A DNA stretch of 64,000 nt, taken from the NCBI GenBank assembly GCA_038213805.1, contig JBBQSO010000016.1:11571-75570 (forward strand). Reading direction: 5' to 3'. Below the pieces are notes generated by a model. It made no database searches and had not been told where the DNA came from. It saw only the letters and a list, made by a program, of their open reading frames with translations. This stretch comes from Planctomycetota bacterium. GTDB lineage: Bacteria > Planctomycetota > UBA11346. A program made the position numbers and the translations under genes. Below are positions 19,822 to 29,788 of the stretch, one piece after another; the stretch's first letter is position 1; each line of letters starts with the position of its first letter.

Positions 19822-20895
19822 ATGGAAACCGCGCTCTTCGACTACCAGTTGCCGCAGGAGCTGATCGCTCAGGAGCCGATCGAGCCGCGCGATGCCGCAC
19901 GACTGCTGGTGGCCGGCTGCACCAGCGGAGCTGCGGCACATCGCCGCGTCGGCGATCTGACCGATTACCTGCGCGCGGGCGACCTGCTGGTGCTCAACCG
20001 CACGCGCGTCATCCCGGCGCGGTTGTTCGGGCGCAAAGATAGCGGCGGCGAGGTCGAAGTGCTGCTCATCCATCCCGAGCCGGAAACTCCAGGCGACGCC
20101 GCCACCGGCGAACGCTGGCGCTGCCTGGTGCGCGGCAAGGTGCGCAGCGGCACGCGCATTGCGCTGGGCGGGCCGGGGGACGCGGTCACCGCCGTGGTCA
20201 CCGCCTGCGCCGACGACGGCGAACGCACTCTGGTCTTCCCGCCCGGCGTCGCGGTGCTGGCCCTGGCCGAACGCATCGGGCACATGCCCCTGCCCCCCTA
20301 CATCCACCGCGCCGACCGTCCTGCCGACCGCGAGCGCTACCAGACGGTCTTCGCCGACCGCCCCGGCTCGGTGGCCGCGCCGACCGCCAGCCTGCACCTG
20401 ACCGCCCCGCTGCTCGCGCGCCTCGCCGCCCAGGGCGTCGCCACCGCCTTTGTCGAGCTCGCCATCGGTCCCGGCACCTTCAAGCCGGTCGACTGCGACC
20501 GCCTTGAAGACTTCCGCATCCACGCTGAGCACTGCGCCTGCCCCGCCGCCACCGTGGCCGCGATCGAGAGCTGCAAAGCACATGGCGGCAGAGTGATAGC
20601 CGTGGGAACCACGGTCGTACGCACGCTTGAGAGCGCCGCCGCCCAGGGCGGTGACCTGGCCCCTTTCGACGGCTGGACGCGGATCTTCCTCCACCCTCCG
20701 CAACGCTTGGCCGTGGTCGACGGGCTGATGACCAATTTCCACCTGCCGCGCTCCTCGCTGCTCATGCTGGTCGCCTGCCTGACCGGGGTCGAGCGCCTGC
20801 ACGCCCTCTACGCACAGGCCATCGCCGAGCGCTACCGCTTCTTCAGTTATGGCGACGCCATGCTGCTGCTGCCGGGGGGCACAGTCATTCCTTGA
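19822..20895 (+). CDS. queA: S-adenosylmethionine:tRNA ribosyltransferase-isomerase
   Basis: FDYQLPQELIAQEP, PLPPYI, RYQTVFA, GSVAAPTA, AVGTTVVRTLE, TNFHLP, YRFFSYGDAML. Confidence 0.97.
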   Translation: METALFDYQLPQELIAQEPIEPRDAARLLVAGCTSGAAAHRRVGDLTDYLRAGDLLVLNRTRVIPARLFGRKDSGGEVEVLLIHPEPETPGDAATGERWRCLVRGKVRSGTRIALGGPGDAVTAVVTACADDGERTLVFPPGVAVLALAERIGHMPLPPYIHRADRPADRERYQTVFADRPGSVAAPTASLHLTAPLLARLAAQGVATAFVELAIGPGTFKPVDCDRLEDFRIHAEHCACPAATVAAIESCKAHGGRVIAVGTTVVRTLESAAAQGGDLAPFDGWTRIFLHPPQRLAVVDGLMTNFHLPRSSLLMLVACLTGVERLHALYAQAIAERYRFFSYGDAMLLLPGGTVIP

Positions 20896-20959
20896 CCCCC
20901 CGCTTCCCTCTCTATGCTTCCACCCCTCCAGCATAAGCCCTGTTCCCATTGAGGTCGCC

Positions 20960-21280
20960 ATGCCCCGCGTCTGTCATTTCACTGGCCGCAAGACCATCAC
21001 CGGTTGGACCCGTTCCGAGAAGGGTGCCCGTCGCGACGGCGGCGTGGGCAACAAGATCAAGGGCCGCACCAAGCGCGCCGTGAAGCCCAACCTCAAGAAG
21101 CTGCGCATCGTCATCGATGGCAAGATCCAGCGCGTCTACGTCTCGACCAGCGCCATCAAGCGCGGCTGGGTGATCAAGCCCAGCAAGGTCAAGCCCGAGC
21201 CGAGCGCGATCGCCGCCAAGGTCAAGCCCGAGGCCAAGCCTGCGGTCAAGGCCGTGACCCCGGCCAAGCCCAAGGCCTGA
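20960..21280 (+). CDS. rpmB: 50S ribosomal protein L28 with Lys/Pro/Ala-rich tail
   Basis: MPRVCHFTGRK...GGVG...RTKR..KPNL...RVYVSTSAIK; RBS gagg at about 20951. Confidence 0.92.
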   Translation: MPRVCHFTGRKTITGWTRSEKGARRDGGVGNKIKGRTKRAVKPNLKKLRIVIDGKIQRVYVSTSAIKRGWVIKPSKVKPEPSAIAAKVKPEAKPAVKAVTPAKPKA

Positions 21281-21311
21281 TTTCCCTCACCGCGCTGCGG
21301 CGCGGTGCCAC

Positions 21312-21382
21312 GGCGCCATGGCGGAGTGGCTACGCAGCGGATTGCAAATCCGTGCACCCCAGTTCGATTCTGGGTGGCGCCT
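21312..21382 (+). tRNA. tRNA-Cys (anticodon GCA), CCA not encoded
   Basis: Acceptor stem GGCGCCA/TGGCGCC, anticodon arm GCGGA-TTGCAAA-TCCGT, T-arm CCCAG-TTCGATT-CTGGG, U discriminator. Confidence 0.97.
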
Positions 21383-21410
21383 CACAGACGAGCTACCTGA
21401 ATTCAGAGGA

Positions 21411-21442
21411 AGCCCTGGCGAAAGCCGGGGCTGCTTCGTTTT
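21411..21442 (+). terminator. Probable intrinsic terminator after tRNA-Cys
   Basis: AGCCCTGGC-GAAA-GCCGGGGCT followed by gcttcgtttt. Confidence 0.65.
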
Positions 21443-21482
21443 CGCGCTCGCGCGCTTCCTCCTCACTACTGCGCAGGCGCCC

Positions 21483-21899
21483 ATGATCACCGCCATCCAC
21501 AAGCTCATCGAAGACCGCGACACCGGTCACCTGCGCATCGGCTTCACCCGGCGCCACGAATCGGACCCGATCGGCACGATCGCCGCGCGCCTCGGCCTGG
21601 CCGAAGACGACGAGATCTACACCGGCATCACCGAGGCCGAGGCCACACGCATTCTCAAGCACCTGCTTGGCGCGGACCTGGCGTACGGTGCCGCGCTGAA
21701 TTTCGATCGCCGCGCGCTCACCGAGGTGGTCTCCGGCTACGAGGACGCGACCTGGTTCACCAATCTGGTCAGCCACGACGGCTACAAGGACTTCAGCGCG
21801 GGCTCCGCCAACGCCGCGACCGGCGCAAGCTATGACGCCGGCATCATCATCATCGCGGGGAATGTGGCGGTAGGGATCTGGGTCGAGGATGAGGATTGA
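21483..21899 (+). CDS. Hypothetical protein
   Basis: 138 aa, acidic, with ADLAYG...WFTN...ATGASYDAG...WVEDED; codon usage looks coding. Confidence 0.7.
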   Translation: MITAIHKLIEDRDTGHLRIGFTRRHESDPIGTIAARLGLAEDDEIYTGITEAEATRILKHLLGADLAYGAALNFDRRALTEVVSGYEDATWFTNLVSHDGYKDFSAGSANAATGASYDAGIIIIAGNVAVGIWVEDED

Positions 21900-21947
21900 A
21901 CCCTTCTCTAGGCTAAACACCCTGGGTCTTTAACAGGGAGATGTCCA

Positions 21948-22202
21948 ATGACTGACCAGGGCACCAGCGACAGCCGCCTATTCCCAATCGTCATCGCGCT
22001 GGCGGCCGCACTGCTGCTCTCGATCGTGATCAACCTACTGCTCTACCGAAGACCGGATATCTGGAAGCAGCGCTGGCACGAGGACACCAAGCAGTTTTCG
22101 CTGGAGATAAAAGAGGCAGCGCAAAAGATTTCCGATATCTCGCAGGAAAAGCTCCAGCTCGAACGCGAACTTGCCGCCATGAAGGCGGCCGCCGGCAAAT
22201 GA
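21948..22202 (+). CDS. Small TM plus coiled-coil hypothetical protein
   Basis: RBS gggag upstream, one TM helix, heptad-rich C-terminus. Confidence 0.6.
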   Translation: MTDQGTSDSRLFPIVIALAAALLLSIVINLLLYRRPDIWKQRWHEDTKQFSLEIKEAAQKISDISQEKLQLERELAAMKAAAGK

Positions 22203-22595
22203 ATCCCCACGAGGACCGTCGCGGTCCCAGTCGTAGGAGGACCGAAATATTCCTGCCGGAGACATTGCGGTCGGCCGCGGCCGCCACCATGTCGCCACGA
22301 GGACATCGCATGCCTCGACGCCCCGACCGTCAGCGTCGGCCTGCTGGAGCCCCTGGCGCAGGGCCTGGGACCGACCTTGGCCGTGTTGGCCAAAACTCCC
22401 CTGGACCGCGACCTCGGACAAGATCGCCGGAACCAAGATCGCGCGGATGCGCGAAGCCCAGGTGTGAGGTCAAATAGGGGTGGTCCGGCTGCGCGGGCAT
22501 CAGGACGTCCTCCAGCAGACCCCGCAAGGTCGCAATCGCCGCGGAGTCATCCTCAGCACGAGGCTGGCGTCCGCCCCGGCTAGGCCGGCGGCCGC

Positions 22596-22624
22596 TTGGA
22601 CATCACGCCCGGCGCCCCTATCCT
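22596..22624 (+). promoter_or_regulatory. Candidate sigma70-type promoter for the pilin-like gene
   Basis: TTGGAC-17 nt-TATCCT about 57 nt upstream of ATG 22681. Confidence 0.35.
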
Positions 22625-22680
22625 CCACCCCAGGCCCGGCCCTTTCCGTCCATCGACCCATCCCCCTGCCGCGAAACCTG

Positions 22681-24039
22681 ATGCAGCACCCCGACCTGCG
22701 CCTGCCGCCGCCGCTGCGCCCCTGCGGCCCAGGCCGTGGTGCCTTCACGCTCGTCGAGATGCTGGTGGTGGTGTCGATCATGTCGATCATCGCCGCGCTC
22801 GCCTTCGGCTCGCTGTTCGGCACCGTCAGCCACAATCGCCTGCTTGCCACCGAACATCTGATCGCCGATTCGGTGCGCCAAGCGCGGCACACGGCGCGCT
22901 CGACCGGGCAGCCGGCGGTGCTGACGATCACGCCAGTTATGGATGATGCAGTGCCGCCGAAGGTGGTCGGCGGGCGGATCGCGGGGACGAGCAGGATTTG
23001 CGTGTGGAGTGAGACGTTCGACGAGGCGGTACTGCCCACGCTGGGCGCTGCTGGTGACGGTACGCCGCTGCCGGCGATCCAGGATCCCGGCAACAGCGAT
23101 GGCGCCGCCGTGGTAGTCGGCCGAACCGGCAAGGGCATGGTGGCGAGCGCCTTCCCCATGCCGCAGACGACCTTGGCCGGCCGCCTCATCAGCCAGGACC
23201 TAGAAAGGTCCGACCAGATCGTGCGCGGATCGCGCACCGACGGCTTCTACCTCACCTGCAACGTCAAGCCGCCGTCGGCGCGCACCGCCGGGACCGTCAG
23301 CATCCCACTGCTGATGATCGGCGACACCCTCGATGCGGACAGCAGCCAGTGCGGGATCAGTCTGACCAACACGGTCAACAACCTGACTGCCGCCATCCCG
23401 CAATACAGCTGGGAACTCGACGGCTGGGTGACCGGCGCGAGCGGCGCACCGGTCCACCTGCTCTCTCTCGATCCAACCACGCGGATCGTCAGCCAGGTCC
23501 CGGTGCCCTTCGCGGACATCGCCGACCCGATCGCCGGCGGCGAGTGGATCGAGGTTGGCTTGCTCTACACGAACAGCGGGGGCGGCAGCGGCGGTCATCT
23601 CACCCTGTTCGTCGACGGCCGACCCATCGCTGAGATGCCGCAGGCCTCCGCCCCGACGGCGCCGACCGTCCCGCTCACCCTGCGCAGCGGCGCCACCGTG
23701 CATGTCGGTCATGCGACCCTCGACCCCATGGTTCCCGACCAGCGCAGCGCTGCCGCCATCGACGACGCCTGCCTCTACCGGGTCGGCACCGACCAGGTGG
23801 GCAATCTGCCTGGCGGCGTGATCGCCACGGGCACCACCGCCCAAGGAGCCCAGATCGTGGCCATGCCCGACGGCCGCGTGCAGGTCCAGCGCCAGGGCGC
23901 CACCAGCGCGGGTACCGCCGGCGCCAGCGCACTGACCTTCGAGGAGTTGCACGCCCCGCAGCAGACGCACGTCGAGATCGCCATCGACGCGCGCGGCGTG
24001 GTGTCGAGCAAGTACGTGGTCCCGGGAGCGCCGCCATGA
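22681..24039 (+). CDS. Type IV prepilin/pseudopilin (GspH/FimT-like) with LamG-like insert
   Basis: GA|FTLVEMLVVVSIMSIIA cleavage/methylation motif, RQARHTARSTG, GEWIEVGL...LTLFVDG, AIDDACLY. Confidence 0.85.
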   Translation: MQHPDLRLPPPLRPCGPGRGAFTLVEMLVVVSIMSIIAALAFGSLFGTVSHNRLLATEHLIADSVRQARHTARSTGQPAVLTITPVMDDAVPPKVVGGRIAGTSRICVWSETFDEAVLPTLGAAGDGTPLPAIQDPGNSDGAAVVVGRTGKGMVASAFPMPQTTLAGRLISQDLERSDQIVRGSRTDGFYLTCNVKPPSARTAGTVSIPLLMIGDTLDADSSQCGISLTNTVNNLTAAIPQYSWELDGWVTGASGAPVHLLSLDPTTRIVSQVPVPFADIADPIAGGEWIEVGLLYTNSGGGSGGHLTLFVDGRPIAEMPQASAPTAPTVPLTLRSGATVHVGHATLDPMVPDQRSAAAIDDACLYRVGTDQVGNLPGGVIATGTTAQGAQIVAMPDGRVQVQRQGATSAGTAGASALTFEELHAPQQTHVEIAIDARGVVSSKYVVPGAPP

Positions 24040-27000
24040 TTCCCGCCCGCAGATCGCCGCGCTCCGGCGCCGCTTTGATCATCGCCCTCGTCATTCTCGC
24101 AGCGCTGATGCTGCTCGGCCTGCCGTTCATCTTCAGCCAGTCCGGCGCACTCGCCGGCACGCGCTCGTTCGCACGTGGACAGACCGCGCAGGTTGGGATG
24201 GGCGCGGCCGAGAATTCGGGGATCGGCCTGGCCGGCAATGCGTCCGCACGGCACCTGCTCGCCGGCGTGAGCGTCGGTTTGACCAAGGATCAGGAGTGGA
24301 GCCGCATCGACTGGGACCTGGACACCCTCTACGCCGCCGGGGTCGGCTCGGTGAATCCGATCCGCTGGTCGTACTTCGACGGGCGCCGCTATCAGATCGA
24401 CTGGCTGAGCACGCCGCTCGCGTCCGCCGCCCCGCTGCCCGACCAGCTCCGCCGCGATCTGCTGGGACTGACCATCGAGGACGAGGGCGGGAAGCTCGAC
24501 CCAAACCACTTGGACGCCGCGGGCTGGCAGCGACTGCTCGCTGCGCCAACCGTCGGCATCGCCGATCCCAACGATCCGGCCGACCATGACACGTACGGCC
24601 AACTCGCCAAGGCGCTCGCCAACCTGCGCTTCACACTGCCGGGTGGTCGCATCACCGATCTCGACCAGCTGCTCGCCGCCGTCCCGTCGGGCACCGGACG
24701 TCAGCACCTGACCAAGGCTGAGCTCGCCCACGTGCGTCCGCACCTCACCCTGTCCAGCCTCGCGCAGGCGCGGGCCGGGCTGATCGATCTCGGCACGGTG
24801 GTGCTGGTGGACGCCCCACCGCTAACCGCGACGGTCGTGCCCTACCTGGACAGCGTGGCGCCGTCAAAGCAGCTCGCCTTCCCGGTGACCCCCGACCTGA
24901 TCGGCGCTGGAACTGTGCTGGTCTCGCAGGTCGGCACCGCGACCGCGCAGCCCAGCCGCCTGACCAGCGGGGACCTGGCTTCGAACATCACCGTCACCGC
25001 GCCCAACACCGTGGTCCTGACGCCCCTGGCCGCCAACGCCGCGCTCGCCATCGAGGCGCCGCCGGCGGTGAACATCCACGAGGCGACGACGACCACGCTC
25101 GCCACCCTGCGGCTCGTACCCATCTCGATGCCCGCACTGACCATGCCGCTCCCGGCGATGGCCTTGGACACGGTCGGCACGCTGCACAGCGTCATCGCCC
25201 AGGTCGATGCGCGAGCGGGGACGGGACCGCAGCTGTCCGCATTTGATCTGCTCGATCCGCTGGCCGACTACGACGAGATCACCACGGGAACGCTCAGCCA
25301 AAGCACTATTGGCGACGGTGTCACGCCCGCGAACGACACCGATGGCACGCCGCTGGTCGTTCAGGGCGCCATCTACTTGCACGTGCAGGGCGCTGACTTC
25401 GCCCGTGTGCCGCGCACCGGCTACGCGCGTGTCCACGGCACCTACGCCGGTAGCCACCTGCCGGCGATCGGAGGAAATCCTGCGACGCCTGCGCAGACGG
25501 GACCGGACGAGTTCATCTCCTATTCGCTCTCGCCCACCACCGCGGCCGCCACTGACCTCACTGACGTCAGCATCGTGGCATTGCGCCCGGGCGTGGCGGC
25601 GGTCTCGACGAATTTCCGCGTGGAACCGGGGAATCCTCCGGTCATCACCTTCATCTCGCCCCACGAGCAGGCGCCGGTCGCGATCGCCTCAGCCGGTGTC
25701 GTGACCATCGACAGCTCCGCGACCGTGACCGACGCCCAAGGCAAGCCCGACGCCAAACGCGGCCGGCGCATCGTGGCCCAGGCGGTCCCGCAGGAGGCGC
25801 CGCTGGAAACGCGCTGGACCACCCAGAGCCAGATCCAGGCGCTGCTCGCCAGCCGCCAGGGCAGCCTGATGACGTCCTTCCCGGTTGCGGTGCAGCGGGT
25901 CACCGACCTGACCACCAGCGACGTGGCGATCGCGCCCACTGGCGAACTGCAGACCAGCGTCGGGCCGCCGGTGGTCGGTGAGGACCAGCTTACCGGGCTC
26001 AAGCCCGCGATCCTGCCCGCTCCGCATGGCAGCCAGCTGGACCTGCTCTGGTCGCGCACCTTTGCGGGCACCACCAACAACCCCAGCGTGAACGCGTTCT
26101 GGCAGAACGGCCTCTCACCTGGATTGCCCGCGAAGAATCCGCTGCAGACGCTTGACCACGTGATGTCGCCGGAAGGCCTGCGCATGGGCATCGGCGACAG
26201 CGCCCTGGCCTATCCGAATCCGCTCGGCACCAACGGCTTCATCCCCTTCGGCAATGAACCGAGCTCCGGCAGCGTGTCGACGGTGGCGCCGTTCCACTTC
26301 GCCATCTGGATCAAGCCGACGATTCCCTTGAGTGGCGTGGTCACGGTCTTCGACCTGCGCATGCCTGCGGCGAGTGCTGGGTTGCCGCTGTTCGTAGCGC
26401 CCTTCGATGCCCCAGTTGCCGACTTCCCCTCGCGGCCGAGCATTGATGTGCAGAACCGCGTCTCGCTGCGCTACCTCGCCGACCTGAAACAATTCTCGCT
26501 GCTGGTCAACAACGGCGCGATCGAGCACACCACCGATCACGGGCCGAAGATCCTGGCCGACGATTTCACCGAGCCTTTCTACGATCCGCAGAGCGGGCCC
26601 ACCTCGGCCAGCGCCGATGCCCAGGCCTTGGCGCCCGGGCGGGGCAACCAGACCATCAAGCTGCGCTATGCGATGGGCGCCAATGGGCTGCAGCCCAATG
26701 TCTGGCATCTGGTGCAAGGTGTGATCTGCGGAAATCTGCCGGGGGGCATGGCGTTGATGGTCGATGGCGTGGTCGGACGGGAAGCGATCCTGGAATCGCC
26801 GGTCGACCTCAGCGCCATGGGCGACCACATCACGCTGCCGAGCATGCGGCTGCTGACCGCGCTCCCTCTGAAGACCACCGCGGCGGTTCAGTCGAACGCG
26901 AAGAACGCGCTGCTGGCGGGTGATATCGATCTCGATGCGTGCACCTCCGCCCTCACCCCCAGCGGCGGCCTCGACCATGGCGGTGCCGCGGTCCACGACC

Positions 27001-29528
27001 TGCTGCCGGCGCGGGGCATGATCCGCATCGGGCAGGAGTTCATCAGCTATTCGGGCATGACCGTGGCAGCGGATCGCGCTACGCTCCACCACTGCCTGCG
27101 CGCGCGCCGGCAGAACACCGATGGCGACGGCATGGGTGGGGCGCCCCTGACCGATCCGTGGCCGGTGACGCAAGCGCACGCGGTCGGCGATCTGGTTGTG
27201 CCGGGGGGGTACCGCATCTCACCACCTGCAGGTCCGCCGCGGCAGCTGTATCGTGGGGGATGCGCACTGTCGGTGGGGACACTAGCCAAGAACAGCACGG
27301 CGACGCCGCCGATCCCTTTCCCACAGGGACCCGCTGCGTCGAATTACCAGCTATTGGCGCAAGTTGACGGTGCAGCCAACGATACCGTTGTCTCGCTTGT
27401 GGCACCGACAGCGACGCTGACTGCCCGGGGATCGCAACTGCCCAACTGGCCGGGGCGTGGGGTGATTTGGGTAGACGCGACGAATGGCAACCCGCAGTAC
27501 CTGTTCTACAACGCGCTGACACTGTCGGGCGACGGGACCAGCGGGGTGTTCAGCGGCCTGCACCGCTTGGCGATTGGCGGCACTCCGGCGGGCACGCCGG
27601 CCCAGCCATTTGCCCTCTCGAACATCAATGCCTTCACCATCCTGCTGGTCAGTCTGGAGGTGACCGGCGACCCGACCGAGGCCGGCCGATACAAGCCCAA
27701 CGGCGAGTGTCTCTTCCAACTCTACGATCCCGCGGGCGATGGGCGCGCCGAGTGGATCACCTACACCGACACGGTGTTCATCACGCCGGACCTGCTCGAT
27801 CCGTCGGTGCCAGCACCCGCCACTGGCGTCGGCTTCTTCATCGATCGCTACAACGGCTTCAAATACGACGTCACCAATCCGACCGCCACCACCTCCAGCC
27901 GCGGTCGCGAACGAACCCGCAACCCCGATTCGGCGCAGCCGCCACTGCCGACCGATTTCGCGGCTGGCACCCTGGTCCTGCCGGTCCAGACCGAAATCAA
28001 CACGGCCGGCTCCTTGATCACCACCGGCGACATCCTCACCATCGCTCCACGCCAACCGACGCCCGCAAGCAAGCCGCTTCAAGTATGCGTGCGCTACGCG
28101 CCGGCCGATGGCTTCTCGGGCACGGCCGACAGCGTCGTCGACACCCACAACCACTACTTCGCCTTCACCACAACCCTGCCCGACGGCAACACCTGGAACT
28201 GCAACACCACCGCCACGGCATTCGACCTGCTCTGCTGGCCCTGCTGGAACTCCGAACTGGATCTCAGCCCGTACCTGCCGGTCGGCGGCGACAACACCCT
28301 GCTGCCGTTGACCCAGATGCCGTGGGCGAAGAGCCTGCAGACCGGTTTCGCCACGCCCGGCGACGCGCGCGTCTACTTCGGCGTCCTCGACGACCGCGCC
28401 TATCCGACCGATGCGCAGTTCCCCGGGCTGATCGACATGCCGCAGTCCGGGCCCATGCCCCCGATCCGCATGCTGACCTCGACCAGCGTACCCGGAACCA
28501 TCTGGCTGACAAAGACCGACAGCATTTCGCAACTCAATGGCATCAAAATCAACTACCCCAATGCCACATTCCCGCAGAAGCATGGGCTGGTGATGATTGG
28601 CGACGAAGTCTTCGCTTTCGAGCGCATTGACAATCCCCCGGTGGCAATTCCACCCGCGACGCAAGATCTACCGCAAATGACAGCCAAACTCATCGGCCGC
28701 TCCCTGCTCGGCAGCAAAGCCGTCGACCACAGTCTTTACGAAAAGATGGTCTTCCTGCCCATCGGTCCGGTCACGGAACTTGCCACCCCCATGCCGATCG
28801 GCGCAACCGGCCACGTCACCTTCCGCCTGAACGACCGCATCGACGCGCCCGCCTTTCTGATCTGCAGCCCGGATGGCCAGGAGATGGAACTGGTCGCACT
28901 GCCGCAAATGGTTACGGCGCCGTGGCTGCGCGGGATGTACGGGACCATGCCGCACAACTGGCCGACCTCGGCCGGGACACCGCTGGTGATCGCCTGGTGG
29001 CCCCGCTATCCGAGCGCCTTCCCGCATCCGACGGGGCTGACAGCGCTCGGCCTTCTGCCAGACCTGCAGTCCAGCCTGCTCCGCTCCCGCTCCTACGCCT
29101 GGGCTTCGTTCCCGGTTCGCTTCCACGATACCTACTTCATTGATGCGGACCCCTTCACCATCGACTTCCCGCCCCGGCCGCCGAATTCCAATGTGACCAT
29201 CAGCTATGCTGCCATGAGCAATGGCATGGCCTGGGACTTCTCGACGTTCAAGAGTCCATACGCCGGCACGCCCAGCGCGAACACGATTCCCATATCGTCG
29301 GGACAATTATTCAGCGCCACACCCTTCACCAGCGGAGGACATCCGTCGCCCGTCGACGGCGCCGAGATCCGCGTGATCTGGCAATACGCGACGCCCCCTT
29401 ACATCGGCACCGACGCAGTCGCATTCCTTGAACAGGCCGCTGCCAACGCCAATCAAGCGCCAATGTTCGGTTCGGCCAAGGTCGTCGTGCGCGCGCCGAG
29501 CAAGGTCCTGGCGGTCGTGCCACCGTGA
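24036..29528 (+). CDS. Giant GspK/PilX-like pseudopilin, 1830 aa
   Basis: SG|AALIIALVILAAL N-terminus with no Glu5, IEDEGGKLDPN GspK-like motif, LamG-like segment (FAIWIKP; WHLV...LMVDG). Start overlaps the previous stop. Confidence 0.78.
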   Translation: MIPARRSPRSGAALIIALVILAALMLLGLPFIFSQSGALAGTRSFARGQTAQVGMGAAENSGIGLAGNASARHLLAGVSVGLTKDQEWSRIDWDLDTLYAAGVGSVNPIRWSYFDGRRYQIDWLSTPLASAAPLPDQLRRDLLGLTIEDEGGKLDPNHLDAAGWQRLLAAPTVGIADPNDPADHDTYGQLAKALANLRFTLPGGRITDLDQLLAAVPSGTGRQHLTKAELAHVRPHLTLSSLAQARAGLIDLGTVVLVDAPPLTATVVPYLDSVAPSKQLAFPVTPDLIGAGTVLVSQVGTATAQPSRLTSGDLASNITVTAPNTVVLTPLAANAALAIEAPPAVNIHEATTTTLATLRLVPISMPALTMPLPAMALDTVGTLHSVIAQVDARAGTGPQLSAFDLLDPLADYDEITTGTLSQSTIGDGVTPANDTDGTPLVVQGAIYLHVQGADFARVPRTGYARVHGTYAGSHLPAIGGNPATPAQTGPDEFISYSLSPTTAAATDLTDVSIVALRPGVAAVSTNFRVEPGNPPVITFISPHEQAPVAIASAGVVTIDSSATVTDAQGKPDAKRGRRIVAQAVPQEAPLETRWTTQSQIQALLASRQGSLMTSFPVAVQRVTDLTTSDVAIAPTGELQTSVGPPVVGEDQLTGLKPAILPAPHGSQLDLLWSRTFAGTTNNPSVNAFWQNGLSPGLPAKNPLQTLDHVMSPEGLRMGIGDSALAYPNPLGTNGFIPFGNEPSSGSVSTVAPFHFAIWIKPTIPLSGVVTVFDLRMPAASAGLPLFVAPFDAPVADFPSRPSIDVQNRVSLRYLADLKQFSLLVNNGAIEHTTDHGPKILADDFTEPFYDPQSGPTSASADAQALAPGRGNQTIKLRYAMGANGLQPNVWHLVQGVICGNLPGGMALMVDGVVGREAILESPVDLSAMGDHITLPSMRLLTALPLKTTAAVQSNAKNALLAGDIDLDACTSALTPSGGLDHGGAAVHDLLPARGMIRIGQEFISYSGMTVAADRATLHHCLRARRQNTDGDGMGGAPLTDPWPVTQAHAVGDLVVPGGYRISPPAGPPRQLYRGGCALSVGTLAKNSTATPPIPFPQGPAASNYQLLAQVDGAANDTVVSLVAPTATLTARGSQLPNWPGRGVIWVDATNGNPQYLFYNALTLSGDGTSGVFSGLHRLAIGGTPAGTPAQPFALSNINAFTILLVSLEVTGDPTEAGRYKPNGECLFQLYDPAGDGRAEWITYTDTVFITPDLLDPSVPAPATGVGFFIDRYNGFKYDVTNPTATTSSRGRERTRNPDSAQPPLPTDFAAGTLVLPVQTEINTAGSLITTGDILTIAPRQPTPASKPLQVCVRYAPADGFSGTADSVVDTHNHYFAFTTTLPDGNTWNCNTTATAFDLLCWPCWNSELDLSPYLPVGGDNTLLPLTQMPWAKSLQTGFATPGDARVYFGVLDDRAYPTDAQFPGLIDMPQSGPMPPIRMLTSTSVPGTIWLTKTDSISQLNGIKINYPNATFPQKHGLVMIGDEVFAFERIDNPPVAIPPATQDLPQMTAKLIGRSLLGSKAVDHSLYEKMVFLPIGPVTELATPMPIGATGHVTFRLNDRIDAPAFLICSPDGQEMELVALPQMVTAPWLRGMYGTMPHNWPTSAGTPLVIAWWPRYPSAFPHPTGLTALGLLPDLQSSLLRSRSYAWASFPVRFHDTYFIDADPFTIDFPPRPPNSNVTISYAAMSNGMAWDFSTFKSPYAGTPSANTIPISSGQLFSATPFTSGGHPSPVDGAEIRVIWQYATPPYIGTDAVAFLEQAAANANQAPMFGSAKVVVRAPSKVLAVVPP

Positions 29529-29586
29529 CCCCTACACGCGGGACGTCGTCGTTATTGCAGGGTGCAAGCGCTGATTGACGCAACAT

Positions 29587-29615
29587 TTGCCGAGCCCGGA
29601 CCCACGCAGTATACT
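29587..29615 (+). promoter_or_regulatory. Candidate sigma70 promoter
   Basis: TTGCCG-17 nt-TATACT in the intergenic region upstream of the zinc-ribbon gene. Confidence 0.5.
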
Positions 29616-29788
29616 TACGCGCTCGCATTGCCACCCGTCCTGGATCCCGTGATGTCCACCCACCTCGTCCGCGCTGCCAATGTCACCTCCAGAAATCTGC
29701 GCTACGACCACGGCGCGGCCTCGCCAACCACCCAGATCGCTCACCCAACGCACGAGCGGATGAGCGCGCCGATGCGGAGCGCGGCATC

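Noticed and set aside
21312..21382. Missing CCA on tRNA-Cys as a sign of a pseudogene
   Set aside because: The cloverleaf is intact, and many bacteria add CCA after transcription.
22594..22612. 17-nt similarity (gcttggacatcacgccc) to the reverse complement of about 14168-14184
   Set aside because: Short, with two mismatches in GC-rich DNA. At this position it is better explained as a promoter -35 region.
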